Assembly (NCBI GenBank): GCA_965223265.1
Contig: OZ244999.1
Location: 4,672,001-4,736,000, forward strand
DNA length: 64,000 nucleotides
Direction: 5' to 3'
DNA from: Planctomycetota bacterium
GTDB taxonomy: Bacteria > Planctomycetota > UBA8108 > SXIK01
The position numbers were made by a program, and so were the translations under genes. The notes beneath the pieces were generated by a model. That model saw only the letters and a program-made list of their open reading frames with translations, had not been told where the DNA came from and ran no database searches. This document shows, one piece after another, positions 40,186 through 49,931 of this stretch. The stretch's first letter is position 1. Every line of letters begins with the position of its first letter.

Positions 40186-43100
40186 TCATTCACAGCCGAG
40201 TTCGTCCTGAGTTGGATCGGTACCGATGATCGGCGCCGGCGGAGGGATCGTGGCACCGCCTCGGAACAGGAAAATGAGAATTCTGATCGCGTCAGAGATG
40301 TCAACAAAGCTGTCGTCGTTAGAATCCGCGGCGTCCGAACAATAGAGTGGTTCGTTCGTGAGGAAGAGACTTTGAAGAATGAAAATGCCGTCAGAGATGT
40401 CAACGGATTCGTCCCAGTTGATGTCGCCACGGAGAAAGAGCGGCTCAGGGGTCAGGGCCTCGAACTCCGCCAGAGAGAGGACGACCGTGGCGCCGCCGGC
40501 TCCACCACCCAGGCCTGCCGGGCAAACGGTGGAGTCGAAATTCTGGCCGTCGTCCGTGCAGTCGGCGCCTAGACCCTGGTCGTGAGGGACGCAAAAGGTC
40601 ACCGAGCCAGTACATTCACCACCGTTCCCATCGCTGGCGATGAAGCTGATATTGTAGACTCGCCCGTTACCCGGTACAGCAGGATTCCCGGCGCGCTCGC
40701 AGCGGACTCCGGCCGAATCGGCACTTCCGTCGCCGCTGACATCGACGAAGACTCCATCCGGGCAGGTGGTACCACTGCCGTTACCTACATGCTTCACCGG
40801 CTCATCCTGTGTGATTCCCGTGACCTCGATGGTGACCGCGTCGCCGTCCGGGTCAGTCACGCCGAGGACGTCGAGCAGGACGAATTTGTGGTTCGGCGGC
40901 CAGCAACCGGTCATGCTCGCCTGAGCCGCCGAGCAGTCCGGAGGCTGGTTACAGCCACCGGGCGCCTCCGCAACCGTGACCGTGAACTCACAGGGTGAGC
41001 TCTGGCATCCGCCGGCTTGCGTGGCGATGCAGGTGACGTCGGTTTCGCCCAGCGGGAACACACTGCCCGACGGCGGATCGCAGGCGACGATGGCTCCCTC
41101 GGGACAGAAGGCCTCCACCTCAAACTCGACGGGAGCACCACTCCCGCGATCGCACTCCACCGCGATGTCGTCAGGGCAGAAGATGGTACATTCCTTGCCG
41201 AACACCCGCGGGGTCAAGGTCAGGACTGCGAGTGAGGTCTCGAACGAAGGTCCTCCTTCCTCCGACAGGTAGGTGCCTTGGTCCCAGCGCCCTCGCTCCA
41301 ATGGGACGCTCGTTGTATCCTGGGCGTCGACCAGGAACGGGAAGTACCCTTGGCGTGGAGATCCAGTGCTCGGGACGTTGCCCGAGCCGTTTTCCTCCCC
41401 GGTTTCCCAGTCGAACTGCACTCCTCCGTTGGTCAAAAGCACCTTGCCGCCGGAGGGCAGACCGAGCGCCACCGCGGTCAGTCGGAGCGCCCGGGCCGTC
41501 GTCCACATAGCGTAAAAATTGCCGCGGTTGGCACGGCCAAGGAGTTCGCTATCTGCCGTGACACCCCACTTCTCACCGAGATAAGCGAGCGCCGCGTCCC
41601 TCTTGGCGGTAACGGTATTGAGGGGCGGACTGGCAGTGGCGATCACCTGACCGACCGGCACTCCAGTTACGGTTTCCACCAGCGCGAGACCCGACAGGCC
41701 TCCGGACGTCGTCGCCTGACCGTTGTCCGTTCCAGCCAAAGGAGTCTCATCGCTGTAGCCGAAAGGCTGCGGGCCAGAGGCGTTTCTCTGGTGGAAGACC
41801 AGCGCGTATTCCGCCTCTTGCTTGATCCAGTCGGGAACGGCGACCCCAAAAACGACTTCGGCGCCTTCCAGCGCCACGTAGTCCCAGCTGTTGATCGACA
41901 TGTCGCTGCGGTTAGTGGGCCCGACGTAGTCCCAACCTCCCCGTCCCTCAGGACCCGGGTTCTGGCGGGTACCAATGTAGTCCACGACATCTTCGATGAC
42001 CGTCCTGTAGGTCTCCCCTGCGAAGGGGCCCACCGTCACCAACCGGCGCGGCGCCAGACTGGCCAGGATGCCGGCGCAGGAAATCGATGTGGAATAGTGA
42101 TCGTCGAAAGGGCACGGATTGACGCTACGGCCATTGCGGTTGAGATCGGAAACACCACTTGCCGAGGCTCCGCGCGCGACATCGGCCCTGGTCGCTACGG
42201 TGCCGCCTTCCACAGCCGCATTCCTGAAGAGGAAGTCCAGCCCTCTTTGTACGAACTCGGCGTAAATGTCTTCGCTCGAGTCGTTGGTGGGCAGGTGCCC
42301 CTGGTTTTGCAGAGCCCAGAGGGCAAATCCGGCTCCCGCGCAGCGCCGAGAGTCCGGCCAGCCGCCGTCGACCTCCTGCAGCAGGTAGAGATGGCGGAGG
42401 CCGTCTTGAATCGCAACATTCACGTCGATCTGTAGATCATCGAGGGGAGCGATGGAAGTGGGATCGGTACGATCGATGATCCTGAGCTGCACGGTATCGG
42501 AATCGACGCCGGCAGCACCGCCATCCACCGTCAGCGTGGCCGCGATATCCTCCAGCGTACTTCCATTCAAGAGCTGGAACGTAACCTCTTCATAGATGAA
42601 CTTGTCGTCGACGACGGCGCCGGTCAAACCGTTCCCGTCGTCGATGATAGAGACGTTTGGGTTGGCGGAGAACGTCCAGGTGTAGGTGGCCCCGATCGCC
42701 GTACCCCGCCCGCCGTTGGCGTTGCCAAAAACGATGACGGGCGTACCGGGGCGCACCGGCCGTCTCTGGTGCGGGCAAGAATTGGGAGCATTCGGGTACC
42801 CGGGCATGACGTTGACACAAGTCATCTGCGCATCGCAGGTATCGCCAACTCCATCGCCATCACAGTCCCTTTGATGCGGGTTGAAACTGACGGGACAGTT
42901 GTCGCAGACATCGCCTAAGCCGTCGCCATCGCCATCCTCTTGGCCCGCGTTGGCATCGATGGGACAGTTGTCGCAGACATCGCCCAAGCCGTCGCCGTCG
43001 GTGTCAGCTTGGCCTGCGTTGGCATTGGTCGGGCAGTTGTCGTCGGAATTCAAGTGACCGTCGCCGTCGGCATCGGGGTCACACGCGTCACCGACGCCGT

Positions 43101-44169
43101 CTCTGTCGAGGTCTTTCTGCAGTGGGTTGACGTCGGCGGGACAGTTATCACAGAAATCCGCGAGACCATCGCCGTCGGCATCAATCCCGTCGTCCCCGCC
43201 GGCACAGACGTCACATGCGTCACCGACACCATCGCTGTCACCATCCTCCTGGCCCGGGTTGGCCTGATTCGGGCAATTGTCCGCACCGTTCAAGGCGCCA
43301 TCCCCGTCGACATCAGGGTCACAAACATCACCGACTCCGTCTCCGTCGCCATCTTCCTGGCCTGGATTGACGTCGTTCGGGCAGTTATCACAAGCGTCTC
43401 CGAAGGAATCCCCATCGGAATTCGCTTGGTCCGGGTTGGGAACCTCGGGGCAGTTCTCACACTCGTCCCCCACACCATCGCCGTCCATGTCGTCAAAGCC
43501 ACCGGGGAAACCTGGGCAGTGGTCGCAAGCATCCCCAACACCATCGAAGTCGCTGTCGGTTTGGCCTGGGTTCGAATCTTCCGGACAGTTGTCACAGTCG
43601 TTTCCCAGACCGTCGCCATCGAAGTCTCCGAAACCGCCGGGGAGGCCGGGACAGCTGTCGCAAGCGTCTCCAATGCCGTCGAAGTCGCTGTCGGTTTGGC
43701 CCGGGTTCGAATCTTCCGGGCAGTTGTCACATTCATCCCCCAGGCCATCACTATCGGAGTCCATGCCGTCGGGGACACCGGGAGAGCCATCGCAGACATC
43801 ACCGATGCAGTCTCCATCGGCGTCAGCTTGGTCGGCATTGGGATCGTCGACGCAGTTGTCACACTGATCCCCCACACCGTCACCGTCGGAGTCGTCAACG
43901 CCAGAATCAAGGAGGAAGGGACAGAAGTCACAAGCATCCCCTAGATCGTCGCCGTCGCTGTCAGCTTGGTCTGAGTTGGCGTCGTTCGGGCAATTGTCCA
44001 GGGAGTCGATCACACCGTCGCCGTCGGAATCCTGAGCACGCACAGTGGCCGCCGACGAAAGTACCAACACGAGCACGAGCAGGGTGCCCGCTCCATGAAG
44101 AATCCCCGCTCCTTGAAACCGTGGCGATGAGGGATAGGCCCAGCGCGGCACGTGACGTTCTTTTTGCAT
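40186..44169 (-). CDS. large secreted protein: thrombospondin type-3 repeats, prenyltransferase/cyclase-like alpha-alpha toroid, HYR-like domain, dockerin-like tail
   Basis: Many DNCP...N..Q.D.DGDG.GD.CD repeats. AI..GL..L...Q..DGGW and QN....GGW.Y motifs. C.PPSGS.FPLG.T.V.C.A (HYR). FLRGDINWD..VDISD tail. Confidence 0.85.
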   Translation of the reverse strand: MQKERHVPRWAYPSSPRFQGAGILHGAGTLLVLVLVLSSAATVRAQDSDGDGVIDSLDNCPNDANSDQADSDGDDLGDACDFCPFLLDSGVDDSDGDGVGDQCDNCVDDPNADQADADGDCIGDVCDGSPGVPDGMDSDSDGLGDECDNCPEDSNPGQTDSDFDGIGDACDSCPGLPGGFGDFDGDGLGNDCDNCPEDSNPGQTDSDFDGVGDACDHCPGFPGGFDDMDGDGVGDECENCPEVPNPDQANSDGDSFGDACDNCPNDVNPGQEDGDGDGVGDVCDPDVDGDGALNGADNCPNQANPGQEDGDSDGVGDACDVCAGGDDGIDADGDGLADFCDNCPADVNPLQKDLDRDGVGDACDPDADGDGHLNSDDNCPTNANAGQADTDGDGLGDVCDNCPIDANAGQEDGDGDGLGDVCDNCPVSFNPHQRDCDGDGVGDTCDAQMTCVNVMPGYPNAPNSCPHQRRPVRPGTPVIVFGNANGGRGTAIGATYTWTFSANPNVSIIDDGNGLTGAVVDDKFIYEEVTFQLLNGSTLEDIAATLTVDGGAAGVDSDTVQLRIIDRTDPTSIAPLDDLQIDVNVAIQDGLRHLYLLQEVDGGWPDSRRCAGAGFALWALQNQGHLPTNDSSEDIYAEFVQRGLDFLFRNAAVEGGTVATRADVARGASASGVSDLNRNGRSVNPCPFDDHYSTSISCAGILASLAPRRLVTVGPFAGETYRTVIEDVVDYIGTRQNPGPEGRGGWDYVGPTNRSDMSINSWDYVALEGAEVVFGVAVPDWIKQEAEYALVFHQRNASGPQPFGYSDETPLAGTDNGQATTSGGLSGLALVETVTGVPVGQVIATASPPLNTVTAKRDAALAYLGEKWGVTADSELLGRANRGNFYAMWTTARALRLTAVALGLPSGGKVLLTNGGVQFDWETGEENGSGNVPSTGSPRQGYFPFLVDAQDTTSVPLERGRWDQGTYLSEEGGPSFETSLAVLTLTPRVFGKECTIFCPDDIAVECDRGSGAPVEFEVEAFCPEGAIVACDPPSGSVFPLGETDVTCIATQAGGCQSSPCEFTVTVAEAPGGCNQPPDCSAAQASMTGCWPPNHKFVLLDVLGVTDPDGDAVTIEVTGITQDEPVKHVGNGSGTTCPDGVFVDVSGDGSADSAGVRCERAGNPAVPGNGRVYNISFIASDGNGGECTGSVTFCVPHDQGLGADCTDDGQNFDSTVCPAGLGGGAGGATVVLSLAEFEALTPEPLFLRGDINWDESVDISDGIFILQSLFLTNEPLYCSDAADSNDDSFVDISDAIRILIFLFRGGATIPPPAPIIGTDPTQDELGCE

Positions 44170-44196
44170 CCCAAGGTCCTCCTCTCGAGGGCTATC

Positions 44197-45285
44197 TCAC
44201 CGCCGAACTGCTGGAGGCTGTGATGCGGCGTCACGACACCTTCTAAGGGCTAGCATCGCGTAGGACGTTGCCAAAACCGGCTCCTCCTGCCACGCTTTTC
44301 CAGGTGATGGCGTCGATGGGGTTGCCCAGTATCCCTCATCCGTCTGCAGGTTCAGGAGGCGCTCCGCGAGCTCGCGAGGCCAATCATGTTCCCCTCCCCC
44401 GGGATGCTGAATCACGGGCTTCGTAGAGAGGTCCAGGGCTTTCGCCAACGCCAGGTAGTAGAAGTACAGGCTCCCTGAGTGCGGCAACAACTTCCCCTCC
44501 GCGAAGCTCGTCGTCAAAGGCGAGGGCGTATCCAATGAGTAGTTGACAAGCGCAGCCTGGTAGAGACGGACAGCCCGCGGCTCGGGCATGACCATCTCGG
44601 TGAACACAAAAGGCGCAAGATTCGCGACCAAGGAGGCATCCTTCCCTCCCTTGGTGGCGCCCGGATAGGTTTCCCGAGACGGCTTGATCCGCGTGAGAAA
44701 ACTCATGGCCTCGGATTCTCCCGCCGAGAGCTTGTGCGCCTTCTCGATGAGTCCGTCCACTGCCGGCGACCAGGCTCTTCCCAACAGACCCTGGTCGACA
44801 AAGTTCTCTGCACCCTGGAGAAACTCAGCGATCTGTCGCGAGTCGGTTTGCCTGTTGACGCTGCGAAGCGCTTTGGCGACGACCCCAGTGGTATAAACTG
44901 CAAGTCCGCGGTGTGGATCGTAAAACCCGCCGTCGGACTGGCGATGGCGACAGAGATAGCCAACCGCCTTGAGCCGCCGCGATTGCGGGAACACCGGGCT
45001 GTCCACTTCAGCGATTGCCCAGAGGCACATGCCGGTTAAGAGTACCGGGCAAAGCTCGCGGTGAAGCTCGGGAAGGATCGCGCCTCGATCGTCTTGGCGG
45101 ACGGTGAGCCACTTCGCGGCACGACGCATGGCAGAGTCGATGGCTCTGCGTTCTTCAGAGCTGACATGGTAGGTGCGATCCGCGCCAGAGATCGGTGCAC
45201 TAACGGCAAACTGCACCGTGGGGAGGCAGAGGAGCAAAAAAGCCCTCAGCCTGATCGGGCCCAATATCGTGTGAAGCCTCCACAT
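44197..45285 (-). CDS. secreted prenyltransferase/squalene-oxidase-repeat (alpha-alpha toroid) protein
   Basis: AAKWL..RQ...G, AVGYL...RQSDGGFY, LYFYY..LAKAL, DW..EL..RL..LQ..EGYW, PVLATSYAMLAL. Confidence 0.7.
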   Translation of the reverse strand: MWRLHTILGPIRLRAFLLLCLPTVQFAVSAPISGADRTYHVSSEERRAIDSAMRRAAKWLTVRQDDRGAILPELHRELCPVLLTGMCLWAIAEVDSPVFPQSRRLKAVGYLCRHRQSDGGFYDPHRGLAVYTTGVVAKALRSVNRQTDSRQIAEFLQGAENFVDQGLLGRAWSPAVDGLIEKAHKLSAGESEAMSFLTRIKPSRETYPGATKGGKDASLVANLAPFVFTEMVMPEPRAVRLYQAALVNYSLDTPSPLTTSFAEGKLLPHSGSLYFYYLALAKALDLSTKPVIQHPGGGEHDWPRELAERLLNLQTDEGYWATPSTPSPGKAWQEEPVLATSYAMLALRRCRDAASQPPAVRR

Positions 45286-45704
45286 GACGACCCTTTTACG
45301 ACCAACACGAGTCGCGTAACACCCAAAGGAAGACGACGGCTACCCACCAATCTCGTATCAGAATCCCGCGAGACACTCAACCCCGCGCTCCATTTTCACT
45401 CCCTTGTCCCACGCTCTCGGCATAGAATGCGAGGGCGTCCGAGGTAGACGGAGCGTTCCTCTCATCTCCGCATCCCGTGATCTACCTAACGTCCAGCGCC
45501 GTGATCAGACGGAAACCTCCGATCCGAGGGAGTCCACACGCCCTGAGCCGTCGTCTCGATCGAGGAGATGCGCCTGGGCGGCGCCAGGTGGCTTTCAGCA
45601 AGCCTCAAGGCACACGAGGCCCTCAATGCGCGTGACGGAACAAGAGCGTTCCTTCGCGTTGCGATGGCAGTGGCAGTTAGGTTAGTCGACGCCAAGGAGT
45701 TTTG

Positions 45705-46808
45705 ATGACGTACTTAACGATTCTCGTCCTCGTGGGTCTCATAGAGGGGACCGATGGTGACGAGCATCAGGAAAACGACACCTACCACCTCGAGCCACCT
45801 CGGCGAGCACGCATTCAAGAAGCCGTCGACAAGGCCGCCAGCTGGATTGTCCTACATCAGAGCGAGGACGGCGCAATCCGCTCGGAGAAGGTGGACGGAG
45901 TGCCGGCTCTTCCCCTGACCGCCATGGCGCTCTGGGCCCTTTCGGAGCTTGGTGAACGACCTGACCTCGAGGCCAGTTGCAGCGCGGCGGCGTCCTACCT
46001 CCTCTCCTTTCAGCAATCGGATGGAGGTATCTACGCGCCGTCCGGCGCACTGGTGTACTCCACGTCGGCTATCGCTCGTCAGGGGCTCCAAAACTGGCTT
46101 TCTCGCCGGCCGGATACAACGCTGCGGTCTGCTGTGAGTCGGCTGAATCTGTTCCTGGAGCAGCGGCGACTCGTGCAATCTGTAGAACCCCCCAAGCCGA
46201 AACCTGCGGCTAGCAGACGAGGTAAGGAGGTCGAAGCGCTACTGAGGCGGAAGGATTTACCACAGGATCTCGGGAGAGCCCTGGAATTCCTTCGCAGCGG
46301 CGACAAGGCCTCAAGCGGCGCAGTCACGCCGCAGCGGAACAAGGCTTTGTGCGGGCAGGGGAAGATGAAACTCACTTACGACGAGCTGCTCGGCTGCATT
46401 TACGAAACGATGCGCGAAGACAACCCGACGCTCCAGCGTGCCTACCAGGCAATTCAGGCTTCCTACACGATGCGCCGAAATCCCGATCTCACCGGACGAC
46501 TTGCCGGACGATTTGCCGGACAATATGGCGACGATCGATTCCGACGCGGGAAGTCCGGCCTCTACTACTACTACCTAGTCGTAGCGAGGACGCTCGGAGC
46601 GATTCCCACTGCGAAGCTGCAAACAACCGAGGGCCGGACCCACGACTGGTCGAGAGAGCTGAGTGAGCGGCTTCTGCTTCTGCAAGCAGATGAGGGCTAC
46701 TGGGTCAACGAGGACCAACGGTGGTGGGAAGGTGACCCCGTGCTGGTCACTTCGTACGCTATACTCAGCCTACGAGTGTGCCGTGATCTGAAAGGGAAAA
46801 CGAACTGA
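45705..46808 (+). CDS. secreted prenyltransferase-repeat protein, paralog of 44197-45285
   Basis: AASWI..HQSEDG, AASYL..FQQSDGGIY, GLYYYY..VARTL, HDW.RELSERL..LQ.DEGYWVN..RWWEGDPVLVTSYA.L.L. Confidence 0.7.
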   Translation: MTYLTILVLVGLIEGTDGDEHQENDTYHLEPPRRARIQEAVDKAASWIVLHQSEDGAIRSEKVDGVPALPLTAMALWALSELGERPDLEASCSAAASYLLSFQQSDGGIYAPSGALVYSTSAIARQGLQNWLSRRPDTTLRSAVSRLNLFLEQRRLVQSVEPPKPKPAASRRGKEVEALLRRKDLPQDLGRALEFLRSGDKASSGAVTPQRNKALCGQGKMKLTYDELLGCIYETMREDNPTLQRAYQAIQASYTMRRNPDLTGRLAGRFAGQYGDDRFRRGKSGLYYYYLVVARTLGAIPTAKLQTTEGRTHDWSRELSERLLLLQADEGYWVNEDQRWWEGDPVLVTSYAILSLRVCRDLKGKTN

Positions 46809-47680
46809 TGCCGCGGGTGCCGTCGAAGCTTTCTTTCCGTTCGGCAGCTCGGGCGGGAATCGTAGCATCTTTAGCGGTGTTGTGTGACTGCCGTCACGTT
46901 CAGGACGAAGGTTCACCGGTAGAGACTGACGTTTCTCTAACCGACAGCAGTCCTGAGGTATCGTCAGCCCACGAAATGGACGATGCACCAGAGATTCGTT
47001 CGCCAGTAGGACTAGAAACTCCGCGCGTCGATTCGCCAGGAAGCTCCGGCAGTGGCGAGGAACAAGGCGAGTCCGCGGAGGAAACTTTTCGGAGGCTCCT
47101 TGCGGGCATGGGCGTCCAGTACTTTCGTGAGGAGCGTAAGCTGGAGGTGGCAGGGCGCGTCAACATGCAGAGGGGTCTGGTGGAGGTTTTCGCCTGCGCT
47201 CCGGGAGGCAAGACTCACGAAGCAGTCGTTGTTCTCGACTGTGTACCGAGTGGCCTCCATGCCGGGCTCCTGGCCCTTGGATTGAAACCGGGGACCGCCG
47301 TAGAGCTTGGCACTTCGGGAGGCTACAAGCCACCTACGGGAGATCGCGTCGAGATTCAGATCCGATGGCCTGGAGAGGATGGGAGGGTGCATACGGCGAG
47401 AGCGGAAGAGTGGGTCTGGAACCAGACGGAAGGTCGCCCGATGAGGTCCGGGCCATGGATTTTCGCCGGCTCGTTCATGCAGCGCGTCGCTGGTGATCCA
47501 GAGGAAGTCACCTACGCGGCGAACTACGTCAAGAGCCTTGTGACGACCCATCACGACGCTACCAGCATCCTCGAGAATCCGTACCCTGAAGGCATCGATG
47601 ACACTGTCTACTACGCCAACGAGAAAGCGGTACCGCCAGTGGGGACCCCCGTGACGGGCATCTTCTCCGCGTTCAAGTAG
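46808..47680 (+). CDS. YdjY domain protein (possible lipoprotein)
   Basis: GLVE.FAC..GGKTHE.V......LHAGLLALGLKPG, W.FAGS and Y.ANE..VPP.GTPV. TGATG coupling to the upstream gene. Confidence 0.7.
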   Translation: MPRVPSKLSFRSAARAGIVASLAVLCDCRHVQDEGSPVETDVSLTDSSPEVSSAHEMDDAPEIRSPVGLETPRVDSPGSSGSGEEQGESAEETFRRLLAGMGVQYFREERKLEVAGRVNMQRGLVEVFACAPGGKTHEAVVVLDCVPSGLHAGLLALGLKPGTAVELGTSGGYKPPTGDRVEIQIRWPGEDGRVHTARAEEWVWNQTEGRPMRSGPWIFAGSFMQRVAGDPEEVTYAANYVKSLVTTHHDATSILENPYPEGIDDTVYYANEKAVPPVGTPVTGIFSAFK

Positions 47681-48092
47681 TTCAGTTTTGAATTGGAGTG
47701 GCAGACCCTTTGTCGCGTTCGTGTAGTCAAGACACTTCTCGTGCTGACGCCGAGAACCGAACTGCCTGTCACGACCAGATGGACAAAATGCGGCAAGTTC
47801 CCTGCACTGCAATGAAAAGAGATACGGCACTTAGCCTCGAGTTTGGCCATTTCGCGCCGGCCTGGCCGGACGAGTTTCACGGGGGTTCCGAGGCCCTTTC
47901 GACTTTTTCGTACCCTGAGAACTCTTGTGCCCATTCAAAAACTCCTGTCCGGCCCTTCGGGGAACGCCAGGAGCGCCGATGCCTGCGTCACTCCTCCGCC
48001 ACGATCGCAGCGGGATCGCGTTGTCGTCGTTCCTTGGCCTCGACGCTCCTGGCGTTCCCAGGCTCGACGCGAAATGGCCAAACTCGAGTTAG

Positions 48093-48270
48093 CAGCCTGT
48101 TGAAAAAGTGCTTCGAGCCGAAAACTGGTCTCTTCGCGTCCAGATCGGCTGCGGCAAACGGAGGCAATCTTCGGGCCCTCTTCTTTCGATTCTGATGGCG
48201 AGTATTGACGCGGCCCGTCTGGGCGTGAAGAGGCCAGTTTCTTCGGCCGAATGACTTTTTCAACAGGCTG
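48093..48270. mobile_element. MITE copy 3 (178 bp, divergent variant)
   Basis: TIRs CAGCCTGTTGAAAAAGT / ACTTTTTCAACAGGCTG (compensatory change in both ends). TTAG duplications at 48089-92 and 48271-74. Longer central loop. Confidence 0.88.
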
Positions 48271-48345
48271 TTAGGTTAGGGAATCCGGTCAAGTTGGACG
48301 TATTCCTCAAGTCACGAATGGGATGGCCGCCTCCCTGAGAACGGT

Positions 48346-49122
48346 GTGTCGATGTTCCTAAGGGTCGTCCTCAACGCAGCCCGCATGCAGTTCCTCATGG
48401 CCCGTCGCAATGTCGAGGAGCTGTTTCCGATCCTGACGATTCCGCTGTCGTCCGTGATCGCGCTCGCAATTCTGCAAAACTCGGGGCGCGAAGATCTCGC
48501 TGGCTACGCGCTCGTGGCTGCCTGCCTCATGAGCATCGCGCAGATGGCGTTTTTCATCGGTAGTGAGATTCTCGCCAACGAGCGCGAAGGGCAGACTCTG
48601 GAGCTCGTGGTGGCGAGCCCAACGGACTACTACGTGCCTTTGCTCACGCGCATTTCCGTCCTCACGTCGGCGGGAATCGTTGGATTTCTCGAAGCCTGGG
48701 CGATCGCCCGTTTCGCGTTCGGAATCGATCTCACGATCCATTATCCCGGCATTCTACTAGCGACCTTGGTGCTGACGATCTTCGCTGGATCCGCGACGTC
48801 TCTGATCACCTCCACACTCTTCTGCTTCGGCAGGTCGACGCGGACGTATCAAAACGCCATTTCGGGTCCGCTGTTTCTGCTCAGCGGCGTACTGGTACCC
48901 GTGACTTTCTTGCCGGAGGTCCTGCAGCCCGTCAGTCGATTCATCTTCCTCTACTGGTCGGCCGATCTGCTGCGCGATGCGCTTCAGCCTTCGCCGCCGG
49001 AGAACGCGGCTCTGCGCCTTGGAGCGATCTTCATCCTCGGAACGGTGGGAGGCATCGTCGGCGGGGTGCTTTTTAGACGTTTTCTCCATCACCTGCGCCG
49101 GGAAGGAAGCCTCGGGTTATGA
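48346..49122 (+). CDS. ABC-2 type transporter permease
   Basis: Six TM segments, EREGQTLELVVASP, LSGVLVPVTFLP..LQP.S. Confidence 0.85.
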   Translation: MSMFLRVVLNAARMQFLMARRNVEELFPILTIPLSSVIALAILQNSGREDLAGYALVAACLMSIAQMAFFIGSEILANEREGQTLELVVASPTDYYVPLLTRISVLTSAGIVGFLEAWAIARFAFGIDLTIHYPGILLATLVLTIFAGSATSLITSTLFCFGRSTRTYQNAISGPLFLLSGVLVPVTFLPEVLQPVSRFIFLYWSADLLRDALQPSPPENAALRLGAIFILGTVGGIVGGVLFRRFLHHLRREGSLGL

Positions 49123-49913
49123 GCTGGCTGCGAGTCCTCCGGCACGGTCTTCTCTTGGGTCGAGAAGACTTCCGCGTCTTCTGGAGCAGTTGGCGTGTTT
49201 GGCTCATGACGCATATCCTGCGCGTCACAACAAGCGCCGCGATGTGGGTCCTGCTCGGACGTCTTCTCGATTCGCAGGATCTCGTCCACTATCTTCTCGT
49301 CGGCCAGATCGTGATCGCGGGTCCGCAGCAAGCCGGCTGGGCTGTGGCGGCGTTCACTTGGGATCGAATGTTCATCGGAACGTATCCCATGCTCGTGGCC
49401 GCACCGATGAGCCTGGTGCCTGCTTTCATGGGCCGCACGTCCATTTGGCTGCTCAACGGAATCGCAACGTCGCTGATGATGCTCATCGTGCTCGTGCCCC
49501 TGTTCGGACTGCGACTATCCCCCGCCGCCGTCGTTGGGATCCCGGCGATCATCGCGCTGGTGTGCGCCAGCTCCTACGCACTGGCGTTCTGCATTGGGAC
49601 TCTGATCAACTGGGCGCCGCGACTGCGTAACGTCGCACACAACACTGCGTCGTTGATCATGGCAGCGATCTGTGGAGTGGTGGTACCGGTGACTTTTTGG
49701 CCCGGTTGGGTCGAGAGCGTAGCCAAGGTTTTGCCTGTGACGCACGGCCTCAAATCCATCCGTCTGCTCGTCGCTGGCGCGCCGGTCGCCGAAATCGCCG
49801 TCGGCGCGGCGCTCGAGGCTCTGGTCGGGCTCTGCTGGCTGTCTCTCGGTATCGTCACGCTGGACCGCACTGTTAACGTAGCGAGGCGCACTGGCGCGAT
49901 CGACATCCTGTAG
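49119..49913 (+). CDS. ABC-2 type transporter permease
   Basis: WDR..GT.PMLVAAP, CGVVVPV.FWPGW...AKVLPVTHGL..IR. ATGA overlap. Confidence 0.85.
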   Translation: MSWLRVLRHGLLLGREDFRVFWSSWRVWLMTHILRVTTSAAMWVLLGRLLDSQDLVHYLLVGQIVIAGPQQAGWAVAAFTWDRMFIGTYPMLVAAPMSLVPAFMGRTSIWLLNGIATSLMMLIVLVPLFGLRLSPAAVVGIPAIIALVCASSYALAFCIGTLINWAPRLRNVAHNTASLIMAAICGVVVPVTFWPGWVESVAKVLPVTHGLKSIRLLVAGAPVAEIAVGAALEALVGLCWLSLGIVTLDRTVNVARRTGAIDIL

Positions 49914-49931
49914 CGAATCCCCGGCATCTGC

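Noticed and set aside
44197-46808. calling the two paralogs squalene-hopene cyclases
   Set aside because: Each is about half the size of a cyclase, looks exported, and lacks a visible DxDD catalytic motif. Only the repeat fold is supported.
40020-48300. integrative element with attL/attR at tRNA-Pro
   Set aside because: No integrase and no duplicated tRNA 3' end seen, so it is kept only as a possible islet.
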